From assembly GCA_965213885.1 (NCBI GenBank), contig OZ243919.1, positions 2,763,039 to 2,827,038 on the forward strand: 64,000 bases of DNA. The letters run 5' to 3'. Shown one piece after another: positions 35,701 through 44,731 of this stretch (position 1 is the first letter of the stretch; the number at the start of each line of letters is the position of its first letter). The position numbers and the translations under genes were made by a program. Under the pieces are notes generated by a model. That model had not been told where the DNA came from. It saw nothing but the letters and a program-made list of their open reading frames with translations, and made no database searches. The DNA is from Candidatus Poriferihabitaceae bacterium. GTDB taxonomy: Bacteria; Pseudomonadota; Gammaproteobacteria; Arenicellales; Poriferihabitantaceae.

Positions 35701-36054
35701 CTTTCCCGGGTACAGCAGGATCCCATTGCGGACTGGGTCTTTTCGCCCCGGCACGCCGGCATCCGCACCGAGTGGGCCCTGAGCGGGGTGGACGGTGGCA
35801 CGGTGCGAAACGTGGTGCTGGACCGCAGCTTCATCGACGCGGACGGTGTGCGCTGGGTGGTTGACTTCAAGTCCGGCCGCCACGAGGACAGGGACACCCT
35901 GGATGCGTTCATCGCCCGGGAAAGGGAACGCTACCGGGCGGCCATGAACCGGTATGGCCGCATTGTCTCGACCTTGGAGGGCCGGCCGGTGCGGACGGCC
36001 CTCTACTACCCGGCCCTCGGCAGTCTGGTGGAATACGGGATGGCGCCCCGGTGA
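32698..36054 (+). CDS. AddA/UvrD-like helicase-nuclease
   Basis: APAGSGKT, AITFTRKATAEM, MDEFQDTS, VGDPMQSIYRFR, MTIHGAKGLEF, LLYVACTRA, C-terminal LDRSF..VVDFKSG. Confidence 0.92.
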   Translation: MTDPVDWQARRQALDPGGSFIVQAPAGSGKTGLLVRRFLGLLTTVEAPEQILAITFTRKATAEMRQRIVNALAGLDAEGNPETDTGILGLARAAREQDRLQGWNLVQNPRRLRVQTIDSFCYELVRRMPWSARFGTVPPPLEDASRLYLEAAGTTLNLVEEKSRPALAGACAEVLGLVNANRGHAQTLLADMLAGRDRWMQVLGNHSRRRFEDWWQETIRTTLEECDAFLDGSWRDELAALAGKAASRVLDPSGNAPAETRDRLAGWVDARDFPAPDPREVGRWRGLSHLLLTRDGAARRQVTRNLGFPPDDPTAKRRLLELLDSLAESPGHLRAWNRVALLPDPEISDSEWRSTEALLALLPAAAAHLRVLFTELHHADFTEIAQRADLALGAGDDPSDLTLALDYQLRHVLMDEFQDTSSGQVELLGKLLGGWVPGDGRTLFLVGDPMQSIYRFREAEVGIFLDVQDRGIRDILPDTLTLESNFRSTPDLVEWFNRTFPHVMPAQRNIIHGAVNYTPASAFRPPDPGSGVHIHAAIGRTYETEAEEIAGLIEDTLEHHPEEEIAVLGRSRSHLSHIMHALNARSIPFQGIRLEHLAERQAVQDMMALTLALVQPADQVAWLGLLRAPWGGALLGDLVQLVGTPDRTPVFEALRDETRLAGLPPDTRSRLKRVREVLSDGLLRHHRLPLHRNLEACWLRLGGPAVVEPADLDNCRRFIGLVRDLEAEGIAIHGESLAAAMESLYAENNTDRPVKLMTIHGAKGLEFHTVILPGLERTSRPDSGELIRWKRFPDRLLIAPKPRSNESGHFYHYLGELEKEHRSHERGRLLYVACTRAQRRLHLFASARADAQTGAPRPPARTSLLYQLWPAVKDEFEAAADARTDHGNDGRDRTGPPQPVLHRIDPTWQLPELPASVDPGKGTLETVQDGGIIEFDWARETTRIAGIVIHQALRQVDRDGWEAWRGRSFGPDDREAWCRQLLDRGLPASGVAEAVELITDALSRVQQDPIADWVFSPRHAGIRTEWALSGVDGGTVRNVVLDRSFIDADGVRWVVDFKSGRHEDRDTLDAFIARERERYRAAMNRYGRIVSTLEGRPVRTALYYPALGSLVEYGMAPR

Positions 36055-36094
36055 GCGCTTGCCTTCGTCACCGATTTCCAACTCCGATACACAT

Positions 36095-36300
36095 TTTCCA
36101 TCAATGCGATGCGTTCCATGGTGTCGCTGTTGCCGACCTTGCCCAGCACGGTCCAGATCAAGGGCACCCTGTAGCGGCGGGTCGCAACAGCAAGGACCAA
36201 CAGGTTGATCTCCTTGCGCCCGATCTTCCAGTTGGTGCGGTCAAGGCACAGATGTCAACTCCCGGACAGTCAGAGCATCCGGATAACGAGACGGGCAGAA
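36095..36300 (-). pseudogene. IS4-family transposase remnant
   Basis: Manual translation LVIRML*LSGS*HLCLDRTNWKIGRKEINLLVLAVATRRYRVPLIWTVLGKVGNSDTMERIALME, with two in-frame stops. Confidence 0.8.
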
Positions 36301-36305
36301 CATGA

Positions 36306-37637
36306 TTACTCCGCCGTATCGCGATACGGTGCCCCTTCGCCGTAGGGGACGTTGATGCCCCCATAGCGGCGTACCCGGACGTTACATTGCTCGGCATGGC
36401 CAATAAAACCTTCGAGCATGCAAAGACGTGACCCGTATTCGCCGACCAACGTCGCGGCTTCGTCGCTGACCACACGCTGATAGCTGTGGGTCTTGATGTA
36501 TTTACCAACCCAAAGTCCACCTGTGTAACGGCCCGCCTTTTTGGTGGGAAGCGTATGATTCGTGCCGATCACCTTATCGCCATTGGCCACATTGGTGCGC
36601 GGGCCAAGGAACAGGGCACCATAGCTGTGCATGTGTTCCAGGAACCAATCGTCGCGGTCGGTCATCACCTGCACATGTTCCGAGGCGATGTCATTGGCCA
36701 CGTCCAGCATCTCGTCATAGGTGTCACAGATAATCACCTCGCCATAGGTCTCCCAACTCACCCGCGCCGTATTGGCGGTGGGCAGAATCCCAAGGATGCG
36801 GTCGATTTCGGACATAGTGTCCTTAGCCAGTTTTTCGGAATTGGTCAGCAGGACGCAGGGGCTGTTGTAGCCATGCTCGGCCTGACCCAGAAGATCGGTG
36901 GCGCACAGTTCCGCGTCAGCCGCGCTCTCGCCCGCGATGACCATGGTTTCGGTTGGACCTGCAAACAAGTCTATGCCCACGCGGCCATAAAGCTGACGCT
37001 TGGCTTCGGCTACAAAGGCATTGCCGGGTCCAACAAGCATGTGTACCGGATCAATTGTTTCCGTACCAAGGGCCATCGCACCGATGGCCTGGATGCCGCC
37101 CATAACATAGATCTCATGCGCACCGCCCATCTTCATGGCCGCAATCACGCCGGGGTTTGGTTCACCTTTGAAGGGCGGTGTCGCCGCGATGATGCGCGGC
37201 ACCTTGGCAACTTTGGCCGTAGCCACAGACATATGCGCCGAGGCAACCATGGGGAATTTCCCACCCGGGATGTAGCAACCAACCGACTGCACCGGAATGT
37301 TGCGGTGGCCAAGGAAAACACCAGGCAGCGTTTCGACCTCGATATCCAGCATTGAGTCACGTTGGGCTTGCGCAAAGTTCACCACCTGGTCATGTGCAAA
37401 CTGAATATCCGCCATCTCGCGGGTGGACACTTTGGAAGTGATCGCTTCGATCTCGCTGTCGCTGAGCCGGAAGGACGGCGGGGAATACTCGTCGAATTTC
37501 TCGCTCAGTTCGCGCACAACGGCGTCGCCACGTGTTTCAATGTCCTTGAGGATACCTTCGACGACGGCGCGGGTTTTAGCGTCGTCTTCGGCACGCTCGT
37601 CCATCGACTTGCCTTGTTTGAGATACTTAATCGCCAT
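36306..37637 (-). CDS. Histidinol dehydrogenase homolog (HpsN/sulfopropanediol dehydrogenase-like clade)
   Basis: [56 protein letters not shown]; catabolic rather than his-operon context. Confidence 0.88.
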   Translation of the reverse strand: MAIKYLKQGKSMDERAEDDAKTRAVVEGILKDIETRGDAVVRELSEKFDEYSPPSFRLSDSEIEAITSKVSTREMADIQFAHDQVVNFAQAQRDSMLDIEVETLPGVFLGHRNIPVQSVGCYIPGGKFPMVASAHMSVATAKVAKVPRIIAATPPFKGEPNPGVIAAMKMGGAHEIYVMGGIQAIGAMALGTETIDPVHMLVGPGNAFVAEAKRQLYGRVGIDLFAGPTETMVIAGESAADAELCATDLLGQAEHGYNSPCVLLTNSEKLAKDTMSEIDRILGILPTANTARVSWETYGEVIICDTYDEMLDVANDIASEHVQVMTDRDDWFLEHMHSYGALFLGPRTNVANGDKVIGTNHTLPTKKAGRYTGGLWVGKYIKTHSYQRVVSDEAATLVGEYGSRLCMLEGFIGHAEQCNVRVRRYGGINVPYGEGAPYRDTAE

Positions 37638-37667
37638 GATTGCCTCCTTTTGTCTGGTGCGGCCAGG

Positions 37668-38636
37668 TCAGGCCTTTTGAGCCCGCGCAAACAGGGCTGC
37701 CGCGAAGATGATGATGATGCCTTTGATTATCATCTGCGCCTGCACCGGCAGGCCCAGAATGATCACGATGTTGAATATCAGAACGAGGATCAGCGTGCCT
37801 GCGACCGCCCCCCAAAGGTTCCCCGACCCGCCGCTGAGGGCAATGCCGCCAATGACGCAGGCTACGATGGCGTCCAGCTCGTACCCACGTCCGACCCAGT
37901 TATCGACCGTGCCGACAAAGCCGACGAGGAACAGGCCCGCGATACCAGCCATGACCGAACAGATCACATAGCAGAAGATGATCGTGCGGTCCGACCGGAT
38001 GCCAACCAGATCGGCCGCCACCGGGTTGCCACCGGTGATGTAGATCTTGCGCCCAAAGCTCGATTTGTGAAGCAGCCAGGCGAGCACGGCAAAGCATAAA
38101 GCGAACGCGATGACGTTGAAAGGAATGCCAAGAATGCGGCCCGCCCCGAGAAAGCGGAACCCGTCCGGCAGAGAGCCCGAAGGCGAACCTTGTGTGTAGT
38201 AAAAGCGGATACCCTGCAGAACGATCATCATCGCCAACGTGGCCAGAAACGGCGACACGTTGCGTTTGGTGATCAAAAGGCCGTTGATCAACCCGACCAT
38301 CGCAGAGACCACAAAGGCAGCGACAAAGATCACCGGGATCATCACGTCTGATGTGGCGTTGAATGCGGTTGCCAGCACGGCAACGCTGGCCATCAAGGAC
38401 GCGACCGACAGATCAAGCCCTCTCACCAGGATCACAAATGCCTGCCCGAGGACGACCAGAGCCAATGGCGCGGCCTGCGTGAGGATATCCTGCACGTTGT
38501 TCGGCGACAGGAAAGAGGGTTGCACTGCAGTTGCCATTGCAACAAGGGCGACAAGGGCAATTGGAACTACAAAGGGTTTCAGTCGCGACATCAACGTCAT
38601 CTCCGGCCCTGTGGCTTTCGCACTTACCGCGCTCAT
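37668..38636 (-). CDS. Sugar-type ABC transporter permease (RbsC family)
   Basis: GLDLSVAS, SPFLATL, GRKIYITGGNPVAA, GYELDAIVACVIGG; start at MSAVSAK. Confidence 0.92.
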   Translation of the reverse strand: MSAVSAKATGPEMTLMSRLKPFVVPIALVALVAMATAVQPSFLSPNNVQDILTQAAPLALVVLGQAFVILVRGLDLSVASLMASVAVLATAFNATSDVMIPVIFVAAFVVSAMVGLINGLLITKRNVSPFLATLAMMIVLQGIRFYYTQGSPSGSLPDGFRFLGAGRILGIPFNVIAFALCFAVLAWLLHKSSFGRKIYITGGNPVAADLVGIRSDRTIIFCYVICSVMAGIAGLFLVGFVGTVDNWVGRGYELDAIVACVIGGIALSGGSGNLWGAVAGTLILVLIFNIVIILGLPVQAQMIIKGIIIIFAAALFARAQKA

Positions 38637-39613
38637 AGCTTCTTCCCCTTGTTGACGTAAATAGAGACCGCGAAAATGATGATCAGGCCTTGGATTACCC
38701 ACTGGATGAAGGTCGAAACATTCATGTAATTCAGCAGGTTGCTCAGCAGCGAAATCAAGAAGACCCCCATGAGAACGCCAAGGACGTTTCCTTTGCCGCC
38801 GCCCAGCAGCAGCCCCCCCAGGATAACCGGCGTGATCGAGGCCAGCGTGATCGGATCGCCTACCCTCGGATCACCAATGCCTGTGCGGCTGACGTAATAA
38901 GCTCCGGCCAATGCCGCGAAGAATCCGCTTGCGGAGTACGCCATCAGGATGATGCGGTTGCTGCGGATGCCCGTCAGGCGTGCGGCTTCGGGATTGCCGC
39001 CGACGGCGTAGAACGATCGTCCTGTTCCCGTGTACCGTAGCGCCCACCAAACCAGCGCGAAACACAGCAGCATCACCAGGCCAGAGATCGGTAAGACTCC
39101 GAACAGACGACCATAGGCAAACTCTTCGAACCAGAACGGTACACTCCCGGTGGGTTGCAGCGTGAAAATCAGCACAGCCCCTTGTAAAATGGAGGCCGTT
39201 CCTAGCGTCACAATCAACGGGTGCACCCCGGTTTTGATCGTAATGTAACCGTTAATAAATCCGATCCCCGTGCCGAACAATAGGGCTCCAAAGATCATGG
39301 GGATCATGAGCACGGGGTGAATTTCAACGACGCTGGCCATCAAGACTGTGGAAGCCGTCACAATTGCGCCTATCGACAGATCAATGCCGCCGACGATGAC
39401 CACAAGCGATTGACCCAGGCTGGCAAACCCCAAGGCCGCCGCCTGTTCCAGCACGTTCGAGAAATTGCGAATAGTCCCAAAGCGGTCGCTTAGCACGAAG
39501 CCCGCAACCACAACGGCCGTTAAAAGAACAATGACAATGGTCATTGCCGGGTCGATTGGCAATCGCCTTGACCGTTTATGTGTGTCTGTCTGCGTTATGA
39601 TCTTACTCCCCAA
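38633..39613 (-). CDS. Sugar-type ABC transporter permease (RbsC family)
   Basis: GGIDLSIGA, HPLIVTLG, GRSFYAVGGNPEAARLTGI, SITPVILGG. Confidence 0.92.
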   Translation of the reverse strand: MGSKIITQTDTHKRSRRLPIDPAMTIVIVLLTAVVVAGFVLSDRFGTIRNFSNVLEQAAALGFASLGQSLVVIVGGIDLSIGAIVTASTVLMASVVEIHPVLMIPMIFGALLFGTGIGFINGYITIKTGVHPLIVTLGTASILQGAVLIFTLQPTGSVPFWFEEFAYGRLFGVLPISGLVMLLCFALVWWALRYTGTGRSFYAVGGNPEAARLTGIRSNRIILMAYSASGFFAALAGAYYVSRTGIGDPRVGDPITLASITPVILGGLLLGGGKGNVLGVLMGVFLISLLSNLLNYMNVSTFIQWVIQGLIIIFAVSIYVNKGKKL

Positions 39614-39623
39614 GATCGCAGCG

Positions 39624-41135
39624 TCAGGCGGCCACGCCGTCGGCGCTGGCCGTCGCGTGCTGCATGATCGCTTCTTCGTTGATGTCGTTACCCGTGACCT
39701 CGCCCGCGATGACCCCCTCGCGCATCACAAGCACGCGAGTGCACAGGCCCACAACTTCGGGCAGTTCGGACGAGATCACGAGAACGCAGATGCCTTCATC
39801 CGCGAGCTTGCGAATGATCTCGTAGATTTCCACCTTTGCCCCCACATCAACACCGCGAGTTGGCTCATCGAGTATCAACACACGGCGACAGGCCCGTGCC
39901 CAACGGCCAAACAGGATTTTTTGTTGGTTGCCGCCTGATAGTTGGTTGACGCCGTATTTCGGGCCAGGAATGGCGATGCGGAATCGCTCGATCTCTTCTT
40001 CGGCGGCCAGGGCTTCTTGTGTGCGATCCAAGCCCCAGGTCGTAGTGAATTCGGGCAAGACCGGTGCCGAGACATTGGCCGCCATGTCTAGAAGCATCAT
40101 CAGGCCTTCGCCTTTGCGGTCTTCGGTCAGAAAGCCGAGCCCATGGTCAATGCTGTCGCGTGGTGCGGGCGTATTGTAAGCCTCTCCACCCAGCGTCACA
40201 GAACCGGCTGTCCGCGGGAGCGAGCCATAAATTGCATGCGCCACTTCCGAGCGGCCTGCGCCTACGAGCCCCGCGATGCCTAGGATTTCGCCCGCATATA
40301 GATCAAAGGACACATCGTGGACTTTTGGGGGTGCCTTAAGATCTCGAACCTTCAGGACCGGCACCGCATCATGCGGGGGGACAATTTTCCGTGGGAAGAT
40401 GTCTTCAAGCTTGCGCCCGACCATCATCGCAACAAGCTGGTCCCGGTCGAGATCGACGGTTTCGCGTGTTCCCACATAATGCCCGTCTTTCAGAACAGTC
40501 ACCCGGTCGGCGATTTGGAAGATTTCTTCCAGACGGTGAGAAATGTAGATGATGCACACGCCCTCGTCGCGCAGCCGTTGGATGCGGTCAAACAAAAGCT
40601 CAGCCTCGCGGCCCGAGATCACAGCCGTGGGCTCATCCAGAACCAGGAGCTTGGTGTCCCCGACAAGCGCCTTGGCAATCTCGACCATCTGCTGGTCTGC
40701 CACGCTCAGGTCTTTGATCAAGGCGCGCGGGTCAAGATGGTGGCCAAGACGGCCGAGGATGTCATTGGCCTGGACGTACATCTTGCGGTAATCGATCATG
40801 CCGAACCGGGTCTTTGGCGTCTCGCCGATAAAGATGTTCTCGGCCACCGTCATTTCGGGAAAGAGCATCAACTCCTGATAGATGATATGGATGCCCGCGT
40901 CTTTGGCCTCTTTCGGCGCGGCCCATTTGCGCTTTTGTCCATCGAAGTGGATCGTCCCTTCTTCTGGGATATATGCGCCCGCCATCGTCTTGATCAGCGT
41001 GGATTTTCCTGCCCCGTTTTCGCCCAGGAGCGCGTGGATCTCGCCGGCTTTGGCCTCGAAAAACACACCGTCAAGGGATTTGACGCCGGGAAAGACCTTG
41101 GTGATACCGTCAAGACGGATCATCAGACACCTCAT
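39624..41135 (-). CDS. Sugar ABC transporter ATP-binding protein (RbsA-like, two NBDs)
   Basis: GENGAGKSTL, LDEPT, TEDRKGEG, LSGGNQQK, DEPTRGVDVGAK. Confidence 0.95.
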   Translation of the reverse strand: MRCLMIRLDGITKVFPGVKSLDGVFFEAKAGEIHALLGENGAGKSTLIKTMAGAYIPEEGTIHFDGQKRKWAAPKEAKDAGIHIIYQELMLFPEMTVAENIFIGETPKTRFGMIDYRKMYVQANDILGRLGHHLDPRALIKDLSVADQQMVEIAKALVGDTKLLVLDEPTAVISGREAELLFDRIQRLRDEGVCIIYISHRLEEIFQIADRVTVLKDGHYVGTRETVDLDRDQLVAMMVGRKLEDIFPRKIVPPHDAVPVLKVRDLKAPPKVHDVSFDLYAGEILGIAGLVGAGRSEVAHAIYGSLPRTAGSVTLGGEAYNTPAPRDSIDHGLGFLTEDRKGEGLMMLLDMAANVSAPVLPEFTTTWGLDRTQEALAAEEEIERFRIAIPGPKYGVNQLSGGNQQKILFGRWARACRRVLILDEPTRGVDVGAKVEIYEIIRKLADEGICVLVISSELPEVVGLCTRVLVMREGVIAGEVTGNDINEEAIMQHATASADGVAA

Positions 41136-41222
41136 TTACGTACGTTGCAGTAAACGGGGGGAGTGGGTGCTCTGGCCCGCTTCAGGAATTGCGGACCAGA
41201 GCGATGCGTCGGGAGAAGACGC

Positions 41223-42359
41223 TTAGTTTGGCAGTTCAACCGAGAAGGTCGCCGGATCGTAATCCGGAATGCCGCTTCCCATGATCAACTCGCCTGGCAA
41301 GTCCATGGCGACGTAGTCAGACAACATCACATCAGCAGAGATAGACCGGGTCTCGTGACCTTCAGATATGACGACTTGGAAGTTCACGTCAAGACGCTGT
41401 GGAACCGGCGTTCCTTGCAGAACATCCATGGCCAGGTTCACCGATGCCGCACCGATGGAGGGTGTGTAGTCGATGCCCGCGAAGGGGAAGCCATGCTCTT
41501 GGGCAAGCTGGTACATGCCGTTCAGGTCACCGCCAGTGTGCGGCGGGATATCGGCACCTAAGACGCCCGCTCCCAGAAACGCTTCGACCGAGCCAGACCC
41601 TTGCAGGCCGGAATCTGCCCATACACCGTTGATGGTGTCAGCACCTTCACGCTGAATGACGGCTGCCATGATCTGACGCCCATTTGCCGGGCTCCAGCCG
41701 GTGTACTGAGTGTCGACGATTTCGATGCCGGGGAACTGCGCGAATACTTCTCTTGCTGCTTGCAGACGCATTTCAGCGGGGCTGGCACCGGCCAGACCGG
41801 GCAGCAACACGATACGGCCCTCACCGTTCAGCGTTTCGGCCATCCATGTAGCGCTCATCCGGGCCAGAGCCGTGTCGGACGCGGTCACAAAGCTTACAAA
41901 GCTTGAGTCGCTTTCAACCCGGCGGGCCACGGTGACAACCGGCGTGCCGCGGCGCATGGCACGGCCCAGGATCGGGTCCAGCGCGTCAGCGGTTGCTGGG
42001 TTCACGATCAGGATATCGATGTCTTGTTCCAGCAAGTCCTGAATATCCGAGATTTGCTTAGTGGGATCGCCGTTTGCGTCCGTTACAATGAATTTCTCAA
42101 TCATGTCAGCATTTTGAGACACGCCGTACTGAACGGAGTGGTAGAAGGTGCCGAGCCAGCCGTCGCCCTGCGACGCATTTGAAAACCCGACGGTGAAGGG
42201 GCCTTCGCCAGCGAATTCGCTGGTGTCGACGACTTCGTTGAAGTTCGGGTTCCACAAGAACGTGCGCGGCAGGCCCTGATATCCTTCGTCCGCAAGCGCC
42301 ACGGCCGGAGCAATGGCCAACGCTGCGGCGAGCGCGAATTGAGTAAGTTTGGTCTTCAT
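41223..42359 (-). CDS. ABC transporter periplasmic binding protein (class I, sugar-binding-like)
   Basis: Signal peptide; TVGFSN, TDANGDPTKQISDIQDL, IDILIVNP. Confidence 0.9.
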   Translation of the reverse strand: MKTKLTQFALAAALAIAPAVALADEGYQGLPRTFLWNPNFNEVVDTSEFAGEGPFTVGFSNASQGDGWLGTFYHSVQYGVSQNADMIEKFIVTDANGDPTKQISDIQDLLEQDIDILIVNPATADALDPILGRAMRRGTPVVTVARRVESDSSFVSFVTASDTALARMSATWMAETLNGEGRIVLLPGLAGASPAEMRLQAAREVFAQFPGIEIVDTQYTGWSPANGRQIMAAVIQREGADTINGVWADSGLQGSGSVEAFLGAGVLGADIPPHTGGDLNGMYQLAQEHGFPFAGIDYTPSIGAASVNLAMDVLQGTPVPQRLDVNFQVVISEGHETRSISADVMLSDYVAMDLPGELIMGSGIPDYDPATFSVELPN

Positions 42360-42421
42360 GTCGATCCTCCCCGAGATCTGTCTTTGGTGTTAGTTGGAAG
42401 TTAGGTGGATGTCTGGTGCAG

Positions 42422-44284
42422 TCAGCCGACAGCACCTTCCGCTTTCACGATATTGACGCCGGACGTATCGCCACCTTGATGCTGCTCGGCCGCCAAGCCC
42501 GCGGCGTAGTCGTCTTTCACACCCTGTGGTGCCGTCGGCACAGGCGGGAAGTCCCACCAGCCCACAACGTTCGAAGCTGCAATCGAAACATCCCGCGTGA
42601 TAGGCACTTCGACCAGTGCCGGGCCACCGCATTCAAGTGCTGCCTTGATGGTCGATCCGATTTCGTCAACCCGCTGGACCTGAGTCGCAAAATCAATGCC
42701 AAACGATTTCGCTAAGGCCGGAAATTGCACCGAATAGGGCTCAGAATTGTCGCCATGGCTGGAGAATTCCGAAATGATGTTGCGACCCATCAGCGCATCC
42801 TGACCATCCCGGATCGAGATATATCCCGAGTTGTTGAGCACCAGGAAAACCACGGGGATACTGTACTGCACGCAGGTGGCAAGCTCTTGCATGCACATTA
42901 TGAAATCACCATCACCGATGATGCAGACAACGGGTGCCTCGGGCTTGGCCAGCTTCGCGCCGATGGCTGCAGGCAAGGCAAAACCCATGGGCGAATAGCT
43001 ACCCGGCGTAATGTGGGTGCGCGGCTCGTAAATAGGGAAATCCTGCTTGGTTGAACTTTGCGGGTGGCCAGATCCCACAGTCACGATCCCGTTGCGCGGC
43101 AGCACTTTGCGTAGCTCGCGCAGCGTGGTCAGCATGGTTGTCGGGATCTTGTTATGTGAGCGGCGCGGTTCCATGATCTCATCCCATTCCGCCCAGAGCC
43201 TGACCAAACGGTCGTGATGGGCTGAACGCTTTTCATACGCCTTACGCGCCTGTTCGTCTGAAATCCCTGCGTTCATATCTTCAAGCGCCAGCGAGATGTC
43301 GGCGACAATGCCAACCTCGACGGGATAGTTCTTGCCGATCTCGCGCGGGTCAATGTCCACATGGACCAGCTTGCTGTCCGGGATCGAGAAGCTAACGCCC
43401 TTGCGCCAGGATGATGCTGACCAGTCGGTGAACTTGCAGCCCAGCGACATGACGACGTCCGCTTCACTGGCGAGTGTGTTGCCAGTCAGAGAACCAGGCC
43501 AGCCGACCGTGCCCGCGTTCATTGGGTGATCCTCGGGCAGCGCGCCCTTGCCGTTCCAAGTGAAGACCACCGGAATACCTAGACGCTCGACAATCGTCTT
43601 TAGGGCGGAGCCTGCATTCGACGTAATCGCGCCACCACCCGCGACAATGCAAGGCCGCTCAGCGCTTAGCAGGAGCCTGATGGCCGCTTCAATGGCCAGG
43701 CTATCGGCGCGTTGACGGCCGGTTGGCAACCGCTTGGACAAATCCTGAAAATCAATGTCGGTCTCGGCCGATTGCACATCAAGTGGAATATCGATATGGA
43801 CGGGTCCAGGGCGGCCCGTGGTCATCGCGTTAAACGCGCGGTGCATGATAAATGCAGCGCTGTCGGCACTAATCATGTCAAAATTGCGCTTGGTGACATG
43901 CTGGGTGACTTGGGTAAAATCTGGCGCGTTCTCGCGGTCCATTTCCTGCATCACGCCATGGCCACGCATATGTGTCGAGGCGGAGCCCGTCAGCAATAGC
44001 AAGGCGGTGGAATCGCAATGTGCGTTGGCTAGACCCATGACTGTGTTCGCGGCCCCGGGTCCGATCGACGTGCAGGCGGCAATAGGGCTTCCTGTCACGC
44101 GGTAATGGGCATCTGCGATGTGAACAGCGGCCTGTTCATGCATCGTCTGCACAACCGGTATGTCAGTGCCTTCGTCATTGAACGCATCAAGGAGGTTCCA
44201 ATTTCCGTGTCCCGGCAACCCGGTGATGTAGGGTACGCCGTACGCTTTCAACGCACGTCCGATGAGATGTCCAACCGTTTTCAT
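42422..44284 (-). CDS. Thiamine-diphosphate-dependent enzyme (acetolactate synthase/IolD-like superfamily), specificity unknown
   Basis: GLPGHGN, HEQAA (catalytic Glu), SIGPGAAN, RPGPVHIDIP, ThDP motif GDGDF..VLNNSGY. Confidence 0.9.
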   Translation of the reverse strand: MKTVGHLIGRALKAYGVPYITGLPGHGNWNLLDAFNDEGTDIPVVQTMHEQAAVHIADAHYRVTGSPIAACTSIGPGAANTVMGLANAHCDSTALLLLTGSASTHMRGHGVMQEMDRENAPDFTQVTQHVTKRNFDMISADSAAFIMHRAFNAMTTGRPGPVHIDIPLDVQSAETDIDFQDLSKRLPTGRQRADSLAIEAAIRLLLSAERPCIVAGGGAITSNAGSALKTIVERLGIPVVFTWNGKGALPEDHPMNAGTVGWPGSLTGNTLASEADVVMSLGCKFTDWSASSWRKGVSFSIPDSKLVHVDIDPREIGKNYPVEVGIVADISLALEDMNAGISDEQARKAYEKRSAHHDRLVRLWAEWDEIMEPRRSHNKIPTTMLTTLRELRKVLPRNGIVTVGSGHPQSSTKQDFPIYEPRTHITPGSYSPMGFALPAAIGAKLAKPEAPVVCIIGDGDFIMCMQELATCVQYSIPVVFLVLNNSGYISIRDGQDALMGRNIISEFSSHGDNSEPYSVQFPALAKSFGIDFATQVQRVDEIGSTIKAALECGGPALVEVPITRDVSIAASNVVGWWDFPPVPTAPQGVKDDYAAGLAAEQHQGGDTSGVNIVKAEGAVG

Positions 44285-44303
44285 CCTGCAATTTCCTCTC
44301 TAC

Positions 44304-44351
44304 TTGCGCAATCTTCCCGGAAATATGCCGCAAGAACTATGGTTCTGTCAA
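44304..44351 (-). promoter_or_regulatory. Sigma70-type promoter and candidate operators of the ThDP/ABC/HisD-like operon
   Basis: TTGACA(44351-44346)-N18-CATATT(44327-44322); palindromes TTCCCGGAAA (44314-44323) and TTGCGCAA (44304-44311) just downstream; RBS GAGAGG. Confidence 0.65.
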
Positions 44352-44461
44352 CTACTTTCGGGAATATCGCCAGGGCTAATCGGAACTTCACGGAGCAAAC
44401 ATCCCGGATTTTCTCTCCAACCCATTGAATTTCCGGAGTTTTCAGGCAATACAGCGTGATT

Positions 44462-44731
44462 TCAACCTGTCACGCTTATGGGAACAGTTTGATCGGGATT
44501 AACCTCCAGAAGTTCGAACGCCCGGCGCTGCAGCCCGGTCCGCCGGGTCACGACCGGCATCCCAGCCCCGTCCGTGCCGGGCAGGCGGACAGTGTTCACC
44601 ACCACGTCGGACAGATCGTCGAGCAGGGTGCGGATCTTCTCCACCTGGGATGCCACCGTGGTCGGATCCCTGGTGTTGCCGGCAAACAGCTCCACCGCCA
44701 CCGGGCAGCCCCCGGAACCGCACAGCAGACC
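44462..44731 (-). pseudogene. IS1634-family transposase fragment with internal deletion
   Basis: GLLCGSGGCPVAVELFAGNTRDPTTVASQVEKIR fused directly to a C-terminal piece TLLDDL..VNTVR..TGLQRRAFELLEV. Confidence 0.72.

Noticed and set aside
36306-37637. Calling this gene biosynthetic hisD
   Set aside because: No his genes nearby, catabolic ABC/LacI context, foreign composition; symbol withheld.
42422-44284. Calling this gene ilvB/ilvI, xsc or iolD
   Set aside because: No small subunit, pta or iol genes adjacent, and the motifs do not single out one family.
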